A DNA stretch of 64,000 bases from Candidatus Hadarchaeota archaeon (GCA_964399085.1 CAYNPN010000002.1:9237-73236), one strand, 5' to 3'; shown: positions 37,537 to 48,194, numbered from the stretch's first letter. Notes: generated from the sequence alone by a model not told the origin. Translations and numbers: made by a program.

Positions 37537-37956
37537 TCAGCTCTCATTTGGTTTCTCTTCAAGGGCCGAATTAGCCAATTTATCTGCGTTTGTATTCTTT
37601 TCCCGTTTGACATGTCTATAGGTAACTTTCTCAAATTCGGACTCCAGTTCATCCGCTTTACTATATAAATCCTTTAAATTCTCGGAATTCACATCGTATT
37701 GTCCTATCATCTGCCTAACCAAGAGTTGTGAGTCGGAAACAATATTCACTTCATCGACTTCCAACTCTTTGCATACTTCAAGAGCTCGGATTAATGCGGA
37801 ATATTCCGCTTGGTTGTTAGTCACTTTATCTCCTAGATATTCCGAAATCTCTTCCAATTTTTTTCCGTTTCTATCCTGGATCAGAATTCCTATTCCGGCA
37901 GGTCCCGGGTTGCCTCTAGAGGCCCCGTCGATCCGTGCTATAACAGTCTTTCTCAT
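37537..37956 (-). CDS. rnhA: ribonuclease HI (type 1)
   Basis: ARIDGASRGNPGPAGIG, NNQAEYSALI, VSDSQLLV, NTNADKLA catalytic DEDD pattern. Confidence 0.85.
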   Translation of the reverse strand: MRKTVIARIDGASRGNPGPAGIGILIQDRNGKKLEEISEYLGDKVTNNQAEYSALIRALEVCKELEVDEVNIVSDSQLLVRQMIGQYDVNSENLKDLYSKADELESEFEKVTYRHVKREKNTNADKLANSALEEKPNES

Positions 37957-38151
37957 ATTTCCATCTCACTCTATCTGGATTTGACCCATAGTTAATTCGA
38001 ATTAAATTCTTAAGTAGCTATTAGCTTGGAGGGAAATCTAGTATTTTAAAACTGGCTCCTTCATAACGACGTTTAAATAATTGGATATAAAGTTTTACTA
38101 GGGAAATTTAAGTTTATTCAGGAGGAAAATCCCGGATCTGATTCCCTGAAA

Positions 38152-38880
38152 GTGGTGAAACCTGAATTGGAATTTGATATATTTAAAAATCCCGTGGACA
38201 AGGAATTACTGTCCAAATCTGAAGACGAGGAGATTGTACCATATTTCGAGGATTATGACGATAAAAGGATGTGGATGAGCTATTGGCATCAGATTAACGA
38301 AGTATTGAAAACTGAGGGAAGGGAGATTTTGGTGATAGGCGTGGGGAACAAAACAGTTTCCAATTATTTGAAGACACTTTCCGAGTATCTCGAGCATAGG
38401 AATATGGAGGTGACCACTGCCGATATCGATGAAAATTTGAACCCGGATCGGATATGTGATGTTTCCGAGCTGACTGAGACTTTTGATTCAAATTCCTTCG
38501 ACACGATATTGTGTGCAGAAGTCCTGGAGCATGTTCCTTTTGATAAATTCGGTAAATCGTTGAGGGAACTTAGTGAAGTTACTAGAGATTGGGTTATCTT
38601 GTCTCTCCCCTATTCGGGACAGGATTTCCGCCTTTCGTTCGAATTACCCCAATCTCCGAGAAAAGAAATAACTGTGAAATTTCCGAATAGGGTCGAACAT
38701 CAATATGATGGTTGGCATCGGTGGGAGGTAGGAAAAAAGGGTTATTCCCGGGAAAAGATATCGAATATTATTACAAAGTACTTTGAGATATCGAGAAGTT
38801 TTTATCCTCCGGAAAATATGTACAACTTGTTTTACGTTTTGAGGAAGACCCGTAATCGGGAAGATTCTATCTCCAACTAG
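38152..38880 (+). CDS. class I SAM-dependent methyltransferase
   Basis: ILVIGVGNK (motif I-like), TADIDE, ILCAEVLEHVP. Confidence 0.65.
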   Translation: MVKPELEFDIFKNPVDKELLSKSEDEEIVPYFEDYDDKRMWMSYWHQINEVLKTEGREILVIGVGNKTVSNYLKTLSEYLEHRNMEVTTADIDENLNPDRICDVSELTETFDSNSFDTILCAEVLEHVPFDKFGKSLRELSEVTRDWVILSLPYSGQDFRLSFELPQSPRKEITVKFPNRVEHQYDGWHRWEVGKKGYSREKISNIITKYFEISRSFYPPENMYNLFYVLRKTRNREDSISN

Positions 38881-38996
38881 AAATTTCCAACATGTAGAAG
38901 GACCATACATTAAGAGGGCACTCGGAATTGGTGTTTATTAATAACAGGAATTTGCGAAATTGAAAATCAACATAGAATAAAAATTTCGCCTAGAAT

Positions 38997-39272
38997 CTAA
39001 TAACGGATTTCAAATCCCGAGAATTCTTCCTGATATTCTTCCCAATTAACTTCGACGTCTTCAACCCTAGCCGGTCTAGAACCTTCATGACAAAAATCTA
39101 TCATTTCTTCTACGTCTTCCCTTTCGCCTTCAAAGACCGCTTCGACTCTCCCATCAGAGAGATTTTTGACCCAGCCTTTGACTCCCCTTTTACGTGCTTC
39201 ATCCCTCGTAGTTGCCCTGAAAAATACTCCCTGAACTCGTCCGCTGACAAACACGTGCGCACGTTTTTTCAA
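38997..39272 (-). CDS. acyP: acylphosphatase
   Basis: [41 protein letters not shown]. Confidence 0.9.
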   Translation of the reverse strand: MKKRAHVFVSGRVQGVFFRATTRDEARKRGVKGWVKNLSDGRVEAVFEGEREDVEEMIDFCHEGSRPARVEDVEVNWEEYQEEFSGFEIRY

Positions 39273-39406
39273 CTTATCACCTTAAAAAGATTTTTTTCAC
39301 TTGATTTAATTTTTTGCTTTCCCTTACATAATTTTTCAATTCATCTTTTCGATTTCGTATGTAGCTTGATATATGATGAAATAGTAAGAATGGAATAAGC
39401 TGTGAT

Positions 39407-39844
39407 ATGATGGCAGATTCTGGAATATATACCAAAGGTGAAAAGAGTTTTTCGGAAATCTTTGAGGGATTTAAAGATCGGCTAGGGAAAGAGATCGGCG
39501 CAGTCGCGAGTTTTGTAGGCATGGTACGGGAGAAAGGGAAAAAAGGCGGAAAGGTGGAGAAGTTACACTATGAATGCGCTGAAAGTGCTGAAGAAGAGTT
39601 AGAAGATATTGCTAAGAAGATTGAGAGGAAAACAGATGAAGTTTCGGAGGCTGCGATTTATCATATTATCGACGATTTAGACCCCGGCGATGAGATTATA
39701 TATGTTCTTGTTGCTGGAAAGCATAGAGAGGAGGTTTTTGAAGCGTTACCTAAGATAATGGATTGGGTAAAAACTGAGGTCAAAATTTGGAAAAAGGAAA
39801 TTACTAAGGAAGACGAATACTGGATACACGAGGTAGAAGATTAG
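39407..39844 (+). CDS. moaE: molybdopterin synthase catalytic subunit
   Basis: GAVASFVGMVRE..., LHYECAE, IYVLVAGKHREEVFEA, VKIWKKE pattern. Confidence 0.8.
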   Translation: MMADSGIYTKGEKSFSEIFEGFKDRLGKEIGAVASFVGMVREKGKKGGKVEKLHYECAESAEEELEDIAKKIERKTDEVSEAAIYHIIDDLDPGDEIIYVLVAGKHREEVFEALPKIMDWVKTEVKIWKKEITKEDEYWIHEVED

Positions 39845-39855
39845 TTAGATACTTT

Positions 39856-40134
39856 TTATCCTCCAGCTACAGGAGGAAATATTGCGACTGTATCTCCGTC
39901 CTCTAGCTTAGTTTCCATTCTATTCAGAAACCGAATTTCCCTACCATTGACCATTATATTTACGTTATCCTTCACTTCCCTCGATTCGTAGTCCTTAAAT
40001 ATCTCACTCTTCAGATCTTTATACTCCTCAATTAAATTTCCCAATACGTCATCGACTGTTTCTCCGGAAATAGGTGTTTCCTTTTCACCAGCAACTTCCC
40101 TAAAATTTGCGAATAATTTTACTTTGGCAGCCAT
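39856..40134 (-). CDS. moaD: MoaD/ThiS-family ubiquitin-like protein (SAMP-like), C-terminal GG
   Basis: VKLFANFREVAGEKE...DGDTVAIFPPVAGG-stop. Confidence 0.8.
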   Translation of the reverse strand: MAAKVKLFANFREVAGEKETPISGETVDDVLGNLIEEYKDLKSEIFKDYESREVKDNVNIMVNGREIRFLNRMETKLEDGDTVAIFPPVAGG

Positions 40135-40241
40135 TGATTATCCCTCTTATGAGATTTTATCGAGGATCTCAATTAAAAAGACCCTGGGAGAAGAAGAGCT
40201 ATAAAGGACATCAATAAAATAAGAGTCAAAAAGTAAGCGAG

Positions 40242-40376
40242 GTGGCGAATTTGCCAAGCATCTTTCCCAAGTGTCCCGTGTGTGAGGAAGGCGATTTAGT
40301 CCCTTTCTCGTTCCAGGAGGACGTCTTTGAAAAGTGGAAATGTACCAAATGTGAGTATACTCTTCAGAAGAAATAG
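40242..40376 (+). CDS. possible 44-aa zinc-ribbon protein
   Basis: GTG start; CPVC...18 aa...CTKC; below the ORF-track cutoff; coding status unproven. Confidence 0.3.
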   Translation: MANLPSIFPKCPVCEEGDLVPFSFQEDVFEKWKCTKCEYTLQKK

Positions 40377-40404
40377 AGATGTGCCTATTGAAAACTGTAT
40401 CTAT

Positions 40405-41721
40405 TTAATTAGAACTTTCTTCTTCTATTTTTTTCATTCTAATTAATGGTTTAGCCAGATGTCTTCTTGCCTGAGGAGGGACCTCATAAAATTTTTCTTC
40501 CAGCCCTCTTTCGACTTCTACCTCTCTAGTGGATCCAGGAGGAAGTTCGGTACCGCACTTCTCACAATAATATCCTTTATCAACTCCAGCCGACTTCATT
40601 CTTTTTTCACATTCTTCACAAACTGGATTGATTTCTTCCTTCATCGGTTCCAATTCCAAAATCCTGATTTTTTCTAGGTTTACGGTAAGTGGATGTTCTT
40701 CTTTTTTCTTCACACCACCATATACTCTTAACTTATCACCTACCTCAAGTTCTCTTATCACATCTCTAAATCTTTTAGTCGGCTCAAATGCAGCGCATCG
40801 AATTTCTCCAGTATCATCTTCGATGGAGAAGAATACGTGCCCCCCCGGAATGGTTTTGGATCTCCTAGTTACTTCCCCTTCGACTATAACTGACTGGTAT
40901 GGCTGAATATTCTCCACCTTAGTTTCTTGGAGATGTTCGTCTGTACCCTGGTTTGTCTTATATAGTAGGGTTCTCTCCACAGGTTCTTCCTCCCGAACCA
41001 TCTCTCGGGCCTCAAAGGCCACCTCGGGAGTTTCGGAACGTATTCCGTATAAGATCGGACAAGGAGTATGCGGAGCTATTTGAATTTCTCCAGTTTCCGA
41101 GTCGATATTATCGAAGGTTCCGGGGTAGGTAGCCTCGTTCATCTCCCTGACAGATTGACTATCGATTTTTCTGGGAGTCCCTCTATTCTCTTTGATTCTG
41201 TAGGCTATGAGCTCGTAGGTGTAGTCATCCTCGAGCGGATGTCCTATTGCGGCCAAGGCACCTATTACCCCCCGTCCGGCTCTAAATTTGTGTATTTCCG
41301 CCCCAATTTCCTCCGCCAATTCTTCGGCCTCTTCAAGTGTAACTACTTCTTGAACTACTTTTTTTGAATAGGATTTCAGTTCTTCCGGAATTTCCTCCCC
41401 TCTGTAGAATGCTACTCCCGGTGTAGTTTCCTCGATTTGTAGCTCCGCCAGTTCCTTGGTTGTCTCGACTACTATTTTTTTAACCTGCTGAATCTGTTTC
41501 TCCTCCACTTCTACTCTAAATGATACACTACAGTTTCCCCTCGTCTTATGTATCCACATGGGGTTTAGACGGATGAGTTTGGGCTCCCCGACCAGATTCG
41601 CACCGATTTCCTCCAATCTGGATATGGCTATAGCCCCCACGTAGGTCGTGCACATTCCTTCTTTGGAATCCGTATCGTCTATTCCGACGTGAAGTATCAT
41701 TTTCTCCCTCACTTGTATCAC
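40405..41721 (-). CDS. tiaS: tRNA(Ile2) 2-agmatinylcytidine synthetase
   Basis: MILHVGIDDTDSKEGMCTTYVG (likely true start at 41700), OB-fold and C-terminal zinc ribbon CEECEKRMKS...CEKCG. Confidence 0.85.
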   Translation of the reverse strand: MIQVREKMILHVGIDDTDSKEGMCTTYVGAIAISRLEEIGANLVGEPKLIRLNPMWIHKTRGNCSVSFRVEVEEKQIQQVKKIVVETTKELAELQIEETTPGVAFYRGEEIPEELKSYSKKVVQEVVTLEEAEELAEEIGAEIHKFRAGRGVIGALAAIGHPLEDDYTYELIAYRIKENRGTPRKIDSQSVREMNEATYPGTFDNIDSETGEIQIAPHTPCPILYGIRSETPEVAFEAREMVREEEPVERTLLYKTNQGTDEHLQETKVENIQPYQSVIVEGEVTRRSKTIPGGHVFFSIEDDTGEIRCAAFEPTKRFRDVIRELEVGDKLRVYGGVKKKEEHPLTVNLEKIRILELEPMKEEINPVCEECEKRMKSAGVDKGYYCEKCGTELPPGSTREVEVERGLEEKFYEVPPQARRHLAKPLIRMKKIEEESSN

Positions 41722-41773
41722 TTGGAGGAAAGGCCATTAAATTATTGAGGATAATCATAAACGGTAATTTAGG

Positions 41774-43621
41774 ATGAGCATGATGGAAAATCCATGGAGC
41801 ACGTTCAGATCGGACGTTTTGGAGTCCCTGAAAAATACATTTGAAGAGCTAGATTGGCCGAAAGAAGGGCTTGCAGATTCCCTTGAGGAGCCCCCAGATC
41901 CTTCTTTTGGAGATTTAGCGACCACAATCTGCTTTGAACTTCCGGAGAAACTCAAGGATTCTCCTCAGAATCTGGCCCAAAAACTATCCGAGAGTATCGA
42001 ACCAGTCGGAATGATTGAGAAAATAGAGCCTGAGGGCGGTTATGTGAACTTTTTCGTGGATATGACTGAACTTACCCCCTCGACGATAAATAAAATAGAG
42101 GATTCAATGGAAGATTACGGCCGATTTGAAGCGGATGGAGACAAAATCGTCGTCGAACATACGAGCGTTAACCCAACTAAACCACTCCACGTCGGGCACG
42201 GGCGCAATGCTATCATTGGAGATACAATGGGCAGAATACTGGAAGCCTGCGGACATGAGGTGGAGGTTCAAAATTATATCGACGATTTGGGCCTACAGGT
42301 GGCTCAGACGTTTGTCGCCTATCAGGATGAAGAGAATCAACCCGAGGAAAAGCACGATCACTTTCTCGGGAAGCTATATGTAGAGTATCACGAAAAAATG
42401 GAGTCGGATCCAGCTCTCGAAGAAAAAGCTAGAGAAATGTTATCCCGACTTGAGGAGGGAGGAGAACTGGCTCAGGAAGCAAGGGATATGGCCCTGAGGT
42501 GTGTGGAGTCAAATCTCGAGACCACCGATAGGCTTAATATTGATTACGATTTGCTGGTCTGGGAAAGTGACATTTCCAGGACAGGCATGTTGGAGGAGAC
42601 ACTTTCCAGGTTGAAAGAAACCCCCTATCTGGTAGATGGGGAAGGAAAACACGAAGGTGCTCAGGTTTTACGCCTGGAGGACTTCGGGTTGGAGGACAAG
42701 GTTATGATCAGGTCCGACGGCACGGCGGTTTACACGGCCCGCGACCTTGCATATCAACTTTGGAAGTTCGGTGAAATTGATGCAGACCTGTATTTTGATT
42801 TACATTCGGAAAGACCTTCAGGTGTGAAGACGTATACTACGGTCCCCGACGGCGAGCCTAACGGAGAATTTTCCTCTGCCGACCAAGTGATAAACGTGAT
42901 TGGGGTGGAACAGAGATATCCTCAGAAAGTTGTCTTTTCCGCGCTCAAAGCCCTTGGTCTGGAGGAGGAATATGAGAATTCCCATCACATGGCCTATGAA
43001 CACGTTAGACTCCCTTCCAAGAAGTTTAGAGGAAGGGAGGGAACTTGGATTGGGTATTCGGTGGACAGAGTCCTGGATGAGGCCGTTTCACGGGCCAAGG
43101 AGGAAGTTGAAAAAAGAAATCCCGATGCCAGCGATAATTTCCTGAACGAGGCCGCAGAGGCGGTAGGAGTAGGGGCCTTTCGGTATTCCCTCGTTAGCAC
43201 CTCTCCAGAGAAGGAAGTCGTTTTCAAGTGGGAGGAGGCTCTGAATTTCGAGAGGAATAGCGGCCCTGCCATTCAATATTCTCATGCCCGAGCTAGCAGT
43301 ATTCTCAGGAAGGCCGATGAAGAGCCCGAGGACCTCGGTCTATCGTGGTTCGAGGTCGATGAAGCGGAAAAATTGATAAAGAAACTCGCCAAATTCCCCG
43401 AGACAGTTAAGGATGCTGGCGAAAATAGACAGCCCCACATGGTCGCATCATATGCTTCGGAACTTGCTCTTTTGTTCAACAAGTTTTACGAAAAGGCTCC
43501 CGTACTTCATGCCGAGACCGAGGAGTTAAAGTCGGCTCGCTTGAGGCTGGTAAAATGCGTCAAAAGGGTTCTTGCCAATTCCCTTATTCTGCTTGGAATA
43601 GAAGCTCCAGAGAGGATGTAG
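41774..43621 (+). CDS. argS: arginine--tRNA ligase
   Basis: NPTKPLHVGHGRNAIIGD (HIGH-type), DALR anticodon-binding C-terminus ending ...APERM. Confidence 0.9.
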   Translation: MSMMENPWSTFRSDVLESLKNTFEELDWPKEGLADSLEEPPDPSFGDLATTICFELPEKLKDSPQNLAQKLSESIEPVGMIEKIEPEGGYVNFFVDMTELTPSTINKIEDSMEDYGRFEADGDKIVVEHTSVNPTKPLHVGHGRNAIIGDTMGRILEACGHEVEVQNYIDDLGLQVAQTFVAYQDEENQPEEKHDHFLGKLYVEYHEKMESDPALEEKAREMLSRLEEGGELAQEARDMALRCVESNLETTDRLNIDYDLLVWESDISRTGMLEETLSRLKETPYLVDGEGKHEGAQVLRLEDFGLEDKVMIRSDGTAVYTARDLAYQLWKFGEIDADLYFDLHSERPSGVKTYTTVPDGEPNGEFSSADQVINVIGVEQRYPQKVVFSALKALGLEEEYENSHHMAYEHVRLPSKKFRGREGTWIGYSVDRVLDEAVSRAKEEVEKRNPDASDNFLNEAAEAVGVGAFRYSLVSTSPEKEVVFKWEEALNFERNSGPAIQYSHARASSILRKADEEPEDLGLSWFEVDEAEKLIKKLAKFPETVKDAGENRQPHMVASYASELALLFNKFYEKAPVLHAETEELKSARLRLVKCVKRVLANSLILLGIEAPERM

Positions 43622-44599
43622 TCAAAATCCGTCTTTAAATTCTCCTTTCCCCAACTGTTCGTACCAGTTTTCTTCCACGGGCTCCTCTTCGTGAAGTTCT
43701 TTCCTCCTAGCTTCAAGGAGGTTAGGGGTCTTCCCCATTAATTCCGAGGCAGTGAGTACTTCATGACCTTCCTCCTTTCCGGCCTCTAAGACCGGTTCCA
43801 AAAAATCAGTATATTCCGTAGTTCTGAGCAAGTGGTGGTCTATCACGAGCTTCGGCACGTTTCTCGCGAGCTCCTCCATATTATTTTTTGCGTTTTCGAG
43901 ATTTTCGTCATCTAATTTGAAGCTAATATAAATAGGTGGGCCACCTATAATCAGGAGATCCGGACTCTGAGAGAGGATATAATCAAGGCTTTTCTTATAC
44001 ATCGGCCCTTGGACATCGGGAGCATGGACGAAATTAAAATTGGGCGTTTCTACCGTTAAGATGAGGGAGTATCCTAGCTTCGTTCCTTCCGGGCCATGAT
44101 AGGCCGGGTCGGAGAACCTGATATTCGTGGAACCTCTTTCCAATTCATGTCCATCGGCCACCCTAATTTCCTCGGCGAAATCGAGATTCTTCTTTCGAAA
44201 CATGTATCCTCGCTTACGTTGGCTTGTGTTAATGTTCTCGCTGATGTCCTTAGCTAGAATTAGCTTGTCGGTGTATAGTTCTTTGGCCATTTCTGGAGAG
44301 CTCCATATGAACTTCCAGTTTTCAAAGTTAGGGACGAAATGGTCAAAGTGATAATGACTGATGGTCAGTATATCCGCGTCCTCGGCGGCGGAAAGGATAT
44401 TCTCCCTACTCTTAAATAGGGCAGAGTATTCCCTTTCGTGGGGTTCGAGGTTGAAGCGGGGCCCCAGCGCGGATCCGGGGTCGATAACCATTTTCAGATT
44501 GCCAGTTTCCAGATATGTGGCCATTCCCCGTACTCCCAGACTCTCAAAAGCGAGCGGGAGAACTCTAATCTCTCCGTTTTTGAAGGTTATCGGGTCCAT
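43622..44599 (-). CDS. metallo-beta-lactamase-fold hydrolase (archaeal UPF0282-like)
   Basis: MVIDPGS, ISHYHFDH motif; 325 aa. Confidence 0.7.
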   Translation of the reverse strand: MDPITFKNGEIRVLPLAFESLGVRGMATYLETGNLKMVIDPGSALGPRFNLEPHEREYSALFKSRENILSAAEDADILTISHYHFDHFVPNFENWKFIWSSPEMAKELYTDKLILAKDISENINTSQRKRGYMFRKKNLDFAEEIRVADGHELERGSTNIRFSDPAYHGPEGTKLGYSLILTVETPNFNFVHAPDVQGPMYKKSLDYILSQSPDLLIIGGPPIYISFKLDDENLENAKNNMEELARNVPKLVIDHHLLRTTEYTDFLEPVLEAGKEEGHEVLTASELMGKTPNLLEARRKELHEEEPVEENWYEQLGKGEFKDGF

Positions 44600-44642
44600 T
44601 TTCTCTCCAAGGACTTTAAACTATAGTAGGTTATAACCTCTA

Positions 44643-45386
44643 TTGATGTCATCAGATTTTCAATATCTGGAGAGGCCGGAGCTGGATAACCCTATAGCGG
44701 TGGCCGGTTTGCCTGGAATAGCTCTAATCGGAAAGATGTCCGTTGAGTATCTTATCAAAAAGTTTGAGGCTGAAAAGTTCGCCGAATTGCGATCGGATAA
44801 ATTTCCCGGATGGGTGGTTCGGGAGGGTGGAAAGGTTAAGGATTTGAGAGTGCATTTTTATCAGGCTGAGCCGGAGGGTTTGGATAGGACCCTTATCCTT
44901 GTGACGGCGGATACCCAAGCTTCTTCGTCCGAAGCTCAGTACGAACTTTCCAAGGAAATAGTCAATGTTTTGGCGGATCACGGAGTCGAGACAGTTATTA
45001 CTATGGCTGCCTTCCTGGAATCGGATGGTAAAGAATCACCCGTCGTCGGTGGCGCAACCGATTCCGAATTGGCGAAAAGAATTGAGGAACATGGGGTTGG
45101 GTTATTAACTGGAGGACGGATAGTGGGCATGAACGGTCTATTGGTCAGTTTGAGTGCAGAAAAGGATATGAATGGTTTTTGTCTTCTTGGAACGACCGAA
45201 GGGAAGGACAAAGATCCGGATGCTGCCAAGGAAGTTCTAACCATTTTTTCTGAAATTTATGATTTTCCAATCGATCTTTCGGGCTTCGAGGATGAGGTTT
45301 CCGAATTACCAAAATTCAAACCTCCCAAGATAAAGATGCCCCAAGTGAGTGGCAGCGAGACTGAAACTAGTAGCTATATAAGATAA
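44643..45386 (+). CDS. PAC2-family (proteasome assembly chaperone-like) protein
   Basis: PIAVAGLPGIALIGKMSVEYLI N-terminus and size typical of archaeal PAC2/DUF75. Confidence 0.6.
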   Translation: MMSSDFQYLERPELDNPIAVAGLPGIALIGKMSVEYLIKKFEAEKFAELRSDKFPGWVVREGGKVKDLRVHFYQAEPEGLDRTLILVTADTQASSSEAQYELSKEIVNVLADHGVETVITMAAFLESDGKESPVVGGATDSELAKRIEEHGVGLLTGGRIVGMNGLLVSLSAEKDMNGFCLLGTTEGKDKDPDAAKEVLTIFSEIYDFPIDLSGFEDEVSELPKFKPPKIKMPQVSGSETETSSYIR

Positions 45387-45408
45387 ACCATTCTATATTT
45401 GGGAATTT

Positions 45409-46323
45409 CTACTCTTTGCCTATATACGGGCAATCTTCGCATTTTTCTTCGTAGTATCTGTATAAGGAGAAAGGAATATCTTCCCTGGATAACATTTCAC
45501 TAGGGCAAAAGTTACAGATATCTACATTATTCAGCAATTCTTCTGGTGATTTGTCATCATAGCTTTGAACTATTTCCACACCTGCGCTTGCCCCGATTCT
45601 ATTGGCTCCGGCAGCAATCATCAGAGAAGCATCTCCGAAATTATGGATTCCACCTGCAGCTTTTACCCCCATCTCGTCTCCTACGGCTCTCCTCATTAGA
45701 TATATATGAGGAATATTCGCTCCGCAGGGCCCGAAGCCGGTTGCATTCTTCACGAAGTCGGCCCCGGCTTCTTCGATTAGTTGGCTTGCTTTCTCTACTT
45801 CTTCGTAAGTGAGAAAGCCGGATTCGATTATAACTTTCAAAGTTTTTCCTTGAGCCACTTCTAGAACAGTTTTTATTTCCCCCTTCACCCAATCGTACTT
45901 TTTCTCCCTGAAGGCCGCAATATTCATTACCATGTCGATTTCGTTAGTTCCATTCTCTATTGCTTCTTCGGCTTCGGAGGCTTTCGTCTCGGGTGTATTT
46001 TGTCCGAGGGGAAAACCAACCACGGTATCCACATCAATACCCTTTCCTTGAAGTTTTTTCGAGCAGAATTCAGTATAATATGGATTTACACAGACCGAGT
46101 GGAAACCGTGCGAATTCGCCTCTTCGCAGAGTTCATCTATTATAGTGGTGGTTTTGTAGGGAGAGAGCTCCGTATGGTCGATCATTTTTGCCAGTTCGGC
46201 ACGCGAAATATCTATATCCTTAATCCGATTCTCGACTTTCTCGAAGGCCTCTACTGTTTTGTTCATATCATTAGATAATTTGAAGATAGGCCCTAAATCT
46301 TTTCTTAAAAATTTTGAAGGCAA
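45409..46323 (-). CDS. deoC: deoxyribose-phosphate aldolase with C-terminal Cys-rich extension
   Basis: IDHTELSP, VCVNPYY, VVGFPLGQ, DMVMNI, VKAAGGI. The likely start is the internal Met (MNKTVEAF). Extra C-terminal ~50 aa carry CNFC...CEDC. Confidence 0.8.
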   Translation of the reverse strand: MPSKFLRKDLGPIFKLSNDMNKTVEAFEKVENRIKDIDISRAELAKMIDHTELSPYKTTTIIDELCEEANSHGFHSVCVNPYYTEFCSKKLQGKGIDVDTVVGFPLGQNTPETKASEAEEAIENGTNEIDMVMNIAAFREKKYDWVKGEIKTVLEVAQGKTLKVIIESGFLTYEEVEKASQLIEEAGADFVKNATGFGPCGANIPHIYLMRRAVGDEMGVKAAGGIHNFGDASLMIAAGANRIGASAGVEIVQSYDDKSPEELLNNVDICNFCPSEMLSREDIPFSLYRYYEEKCEDCPYIGKE

Positions 46324-46365
46324 CGAAAGTGATAACTTCTTAGACCTAAACGAATAACTACTTTC

Positions 46366-46872
46366 TTGAGGAAAATAGTAGCCGAAAGGCCCGTGAGGCT
46401 AATGGAAATTGAGAATTTAAATTTAAGTTCTGGGAAAAGGATTGCTATTCTCGGTATAGGCAACGAGCTAAGAGGCGACGACGCTGCTGCAATTGAGGTA
46501 ATTAAGGGAATTCAGGCAGAGATTGATTCCGAAAACATACTTGCCATCAACGGTGAATCGGTCCCTGAAAAATTCACTTCTAAAATAAAAGACTTCAATC
46601 CAGATCAGGTCTTGTTGATAGATACGGTAGATTTCGGCGAGGAAGCTGGATTTGTTTCGAAGGTTGAGCCGGATAGGATACAGAGGGATTTCACATCTAC
46701 CCATAGGATATCCCTGGACATGCTTATAGAGTATCTGGGAGGCGAAACTGAAGCGGAGATTTTTCTGATAGGTATACAGCCCGCTAGGATAGAGAGAGGT
46801 GCGCAAATATCGGAAGAAGTGGAGAAGTCGATAAAAGAATTGACTCGGTTCCTAATGGAAGAGCTGGAATGA
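46366..46872 (+). CDS. hycI: [NiFe] hydrogenase maturation endopeptidase (HycI/HyaD family)
   Basis: IAILGIGNELRGDDAAAIEV, LLIDTVDFG, THRISL; TTG start, alternative ATG at 46402. Confidence 0.85.
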   Translation: MRKIVAERPVRLMEIENLNLSSGKRIAILGIGNELRGDDAAAIEVIKGIQAEIDSENILAINGESVPEKFTSKIKDFNPDQVLLIDTVDFGEEAGFVSKVEPDRIQRDFTSTHRISLDMLIEYLGGETEAEIFLIGIQPARIERGAQISEEVEKSIKELTRFLMEELE

Positions 46873-46895
46873 AGTCTTCCGGCTTAAAGATATGT

Positions 46896-47225
46896 TTACT
46901 TTGAGACCATTGATTCGTGTCTGTCAAAGGCAGCGAGTTCGTATTCTTGAGATATCTCTATGATATCTCGTGGACAGTTTTCTGCACAGAGTCCGCAGAA
47001 AACACAGTGTCCAAGATCTATAACTGGCTTGTCATCTTCATCGGTAGATATTGCAAAAGCAGGGCAGACTCTGGTACAAAGTCCACATCCGACGCAATCT
47101 TCCCGGTCAACTACGACGGGTTTACCTCGATTCCGTTCCGGCATTTCTCTCTTTTCGAAAGGATACTTCAGCGTGAATGGCTTGCTGAAGAGGTTTTTCA
47201 ATACATCCGGTATTATTCTAGGCAT
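46896..47225 (-). CDS. mbhN: Mbh subunit N, 2x[4Fe-4S] ferredoxin (NuoI-like)
   Basis: CVGCGLCTRVCP and CVFCGLCAENCP. Confidence 0.85.
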   Translation of the reverse strand: MPRIIPDVLKNLFSKPFTLKYPFEKREMPERNRGKPVVVDREDCVGCGLCTRVCPAFAISTDEDDKPVIDLGHCVFCGLCAENCPRDIIEISQEYELAAFDRHESMVSK

Positions 47226-47231
47226 ATTTTA

Positions 47232-48194
47232 TCACCAAATTGTCACTATTATTAGGTTTATCAGCGCAAATGCGCCCACGTAGATCCAGTAGAAGCTGAG
47301 CGCTTGATGAATTCTAACCCTAGCCGTCACGCAACGGATAAGTGTTATCAAAAGGAGTATGGCCAAGGTCTTAATCAGGAAACCCACCACAGCAGGAATT
47401 GCTATTCCGCCTATTACTATTGCTGTCGGCCCGCCCAGGAAGAGGGCTGCTATAAACCCGGCAACTGCCAGTATTTCAATGTCAAATGCAATGTGGAAAA
47501 CGGCCAGCTTCGGACCGGAGTATTCGGTCAGAGGCCCGCCGACTATTTCGGTCTCCGCCTCCGGTATATCGAATGGGGTTTTGAGGAGTTTACCCGGGGC
47601 GACTAGGAGGGCAGCAATTGCAGCAAGGGGAGTTTGGAAAATAAACCAGTTTTGCCAGCTTCCACCTTGGGCTTCTACAATACTAGCTATATTCAGGCTC
47701 CAATTCGCTGCGCCCGCCGCAGTTAAGGCTGTTATGATAAAGACGAGTTCATAACCAAAGAGTTGCACGATATATCTTTCGGCACCAACCGTACCAAATG
47801 GAGTTGAGGATGATGCTCCTCCCAGGATGAGAGCGACTGCAGGGATATTCAATAGGTAAATTAGAATAAGAAGGTCAGCAGTTGTTTGAAGAAATGGAAA
47901 GGTTGCATAAACTGGAATCATTATCATAGCTGTTACAATTGATCCTAATGCTAAGAGAGGTGCGAAGTTGAAGAAGATATTTTGGGATTTTTCTGGAACT
48001 ATATCTTCCTTCGAAAGGAGCTTACCAGCGTCATAAAACGGCTGCCAAATCGGCGGCCCAATTCGATTTTGCATGTGGGCGGCAATTTTCCGATCTATCC
48101 CTTCGTAAAATAAACCCACTACTATTCCAAAGGCCAAGCCGGGGAATATCAAGTATGCGAATAGGAAATTTAGAGCTTCTATTACCAAACTCAT
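47232..48194 (-). CDS. mbhM: Mbh subunit M, integral membrane (NuoH/HycD-like)
   Basis: 320 aa, 8 TM helices, QNRIGP, PFDIPEAETEIV motif. Confidence 0.85.
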   Translation of the reverse strand: MSLVIEALNFLFAYLIFPGLAFGIVVGLFYEGIDRKIAAHMQNRIGPPIWQPFYDAGKLLSKEDIVPEKSQNIFFNFAPLLALGSIVTAMIMIPVYATFPFLQTTADLLILIYLLNIPAVALILGGASSSTPFGTVGAERYIVQLFGYELVFIITALTAAGAANWSLNIASIVEAQGGSWQNWFIFQTPLAAIAALLVAPGKLLKTPFDIPEAETEIVGGPLTEYSGPKLAVFHIAFDIEILAVAGFIAALFLGGPTAIVIGGIAIPAVVGFLIKTLAILLLITLIRCVTARVRIHQALSFYWIYVGAFALINLIIVTIW

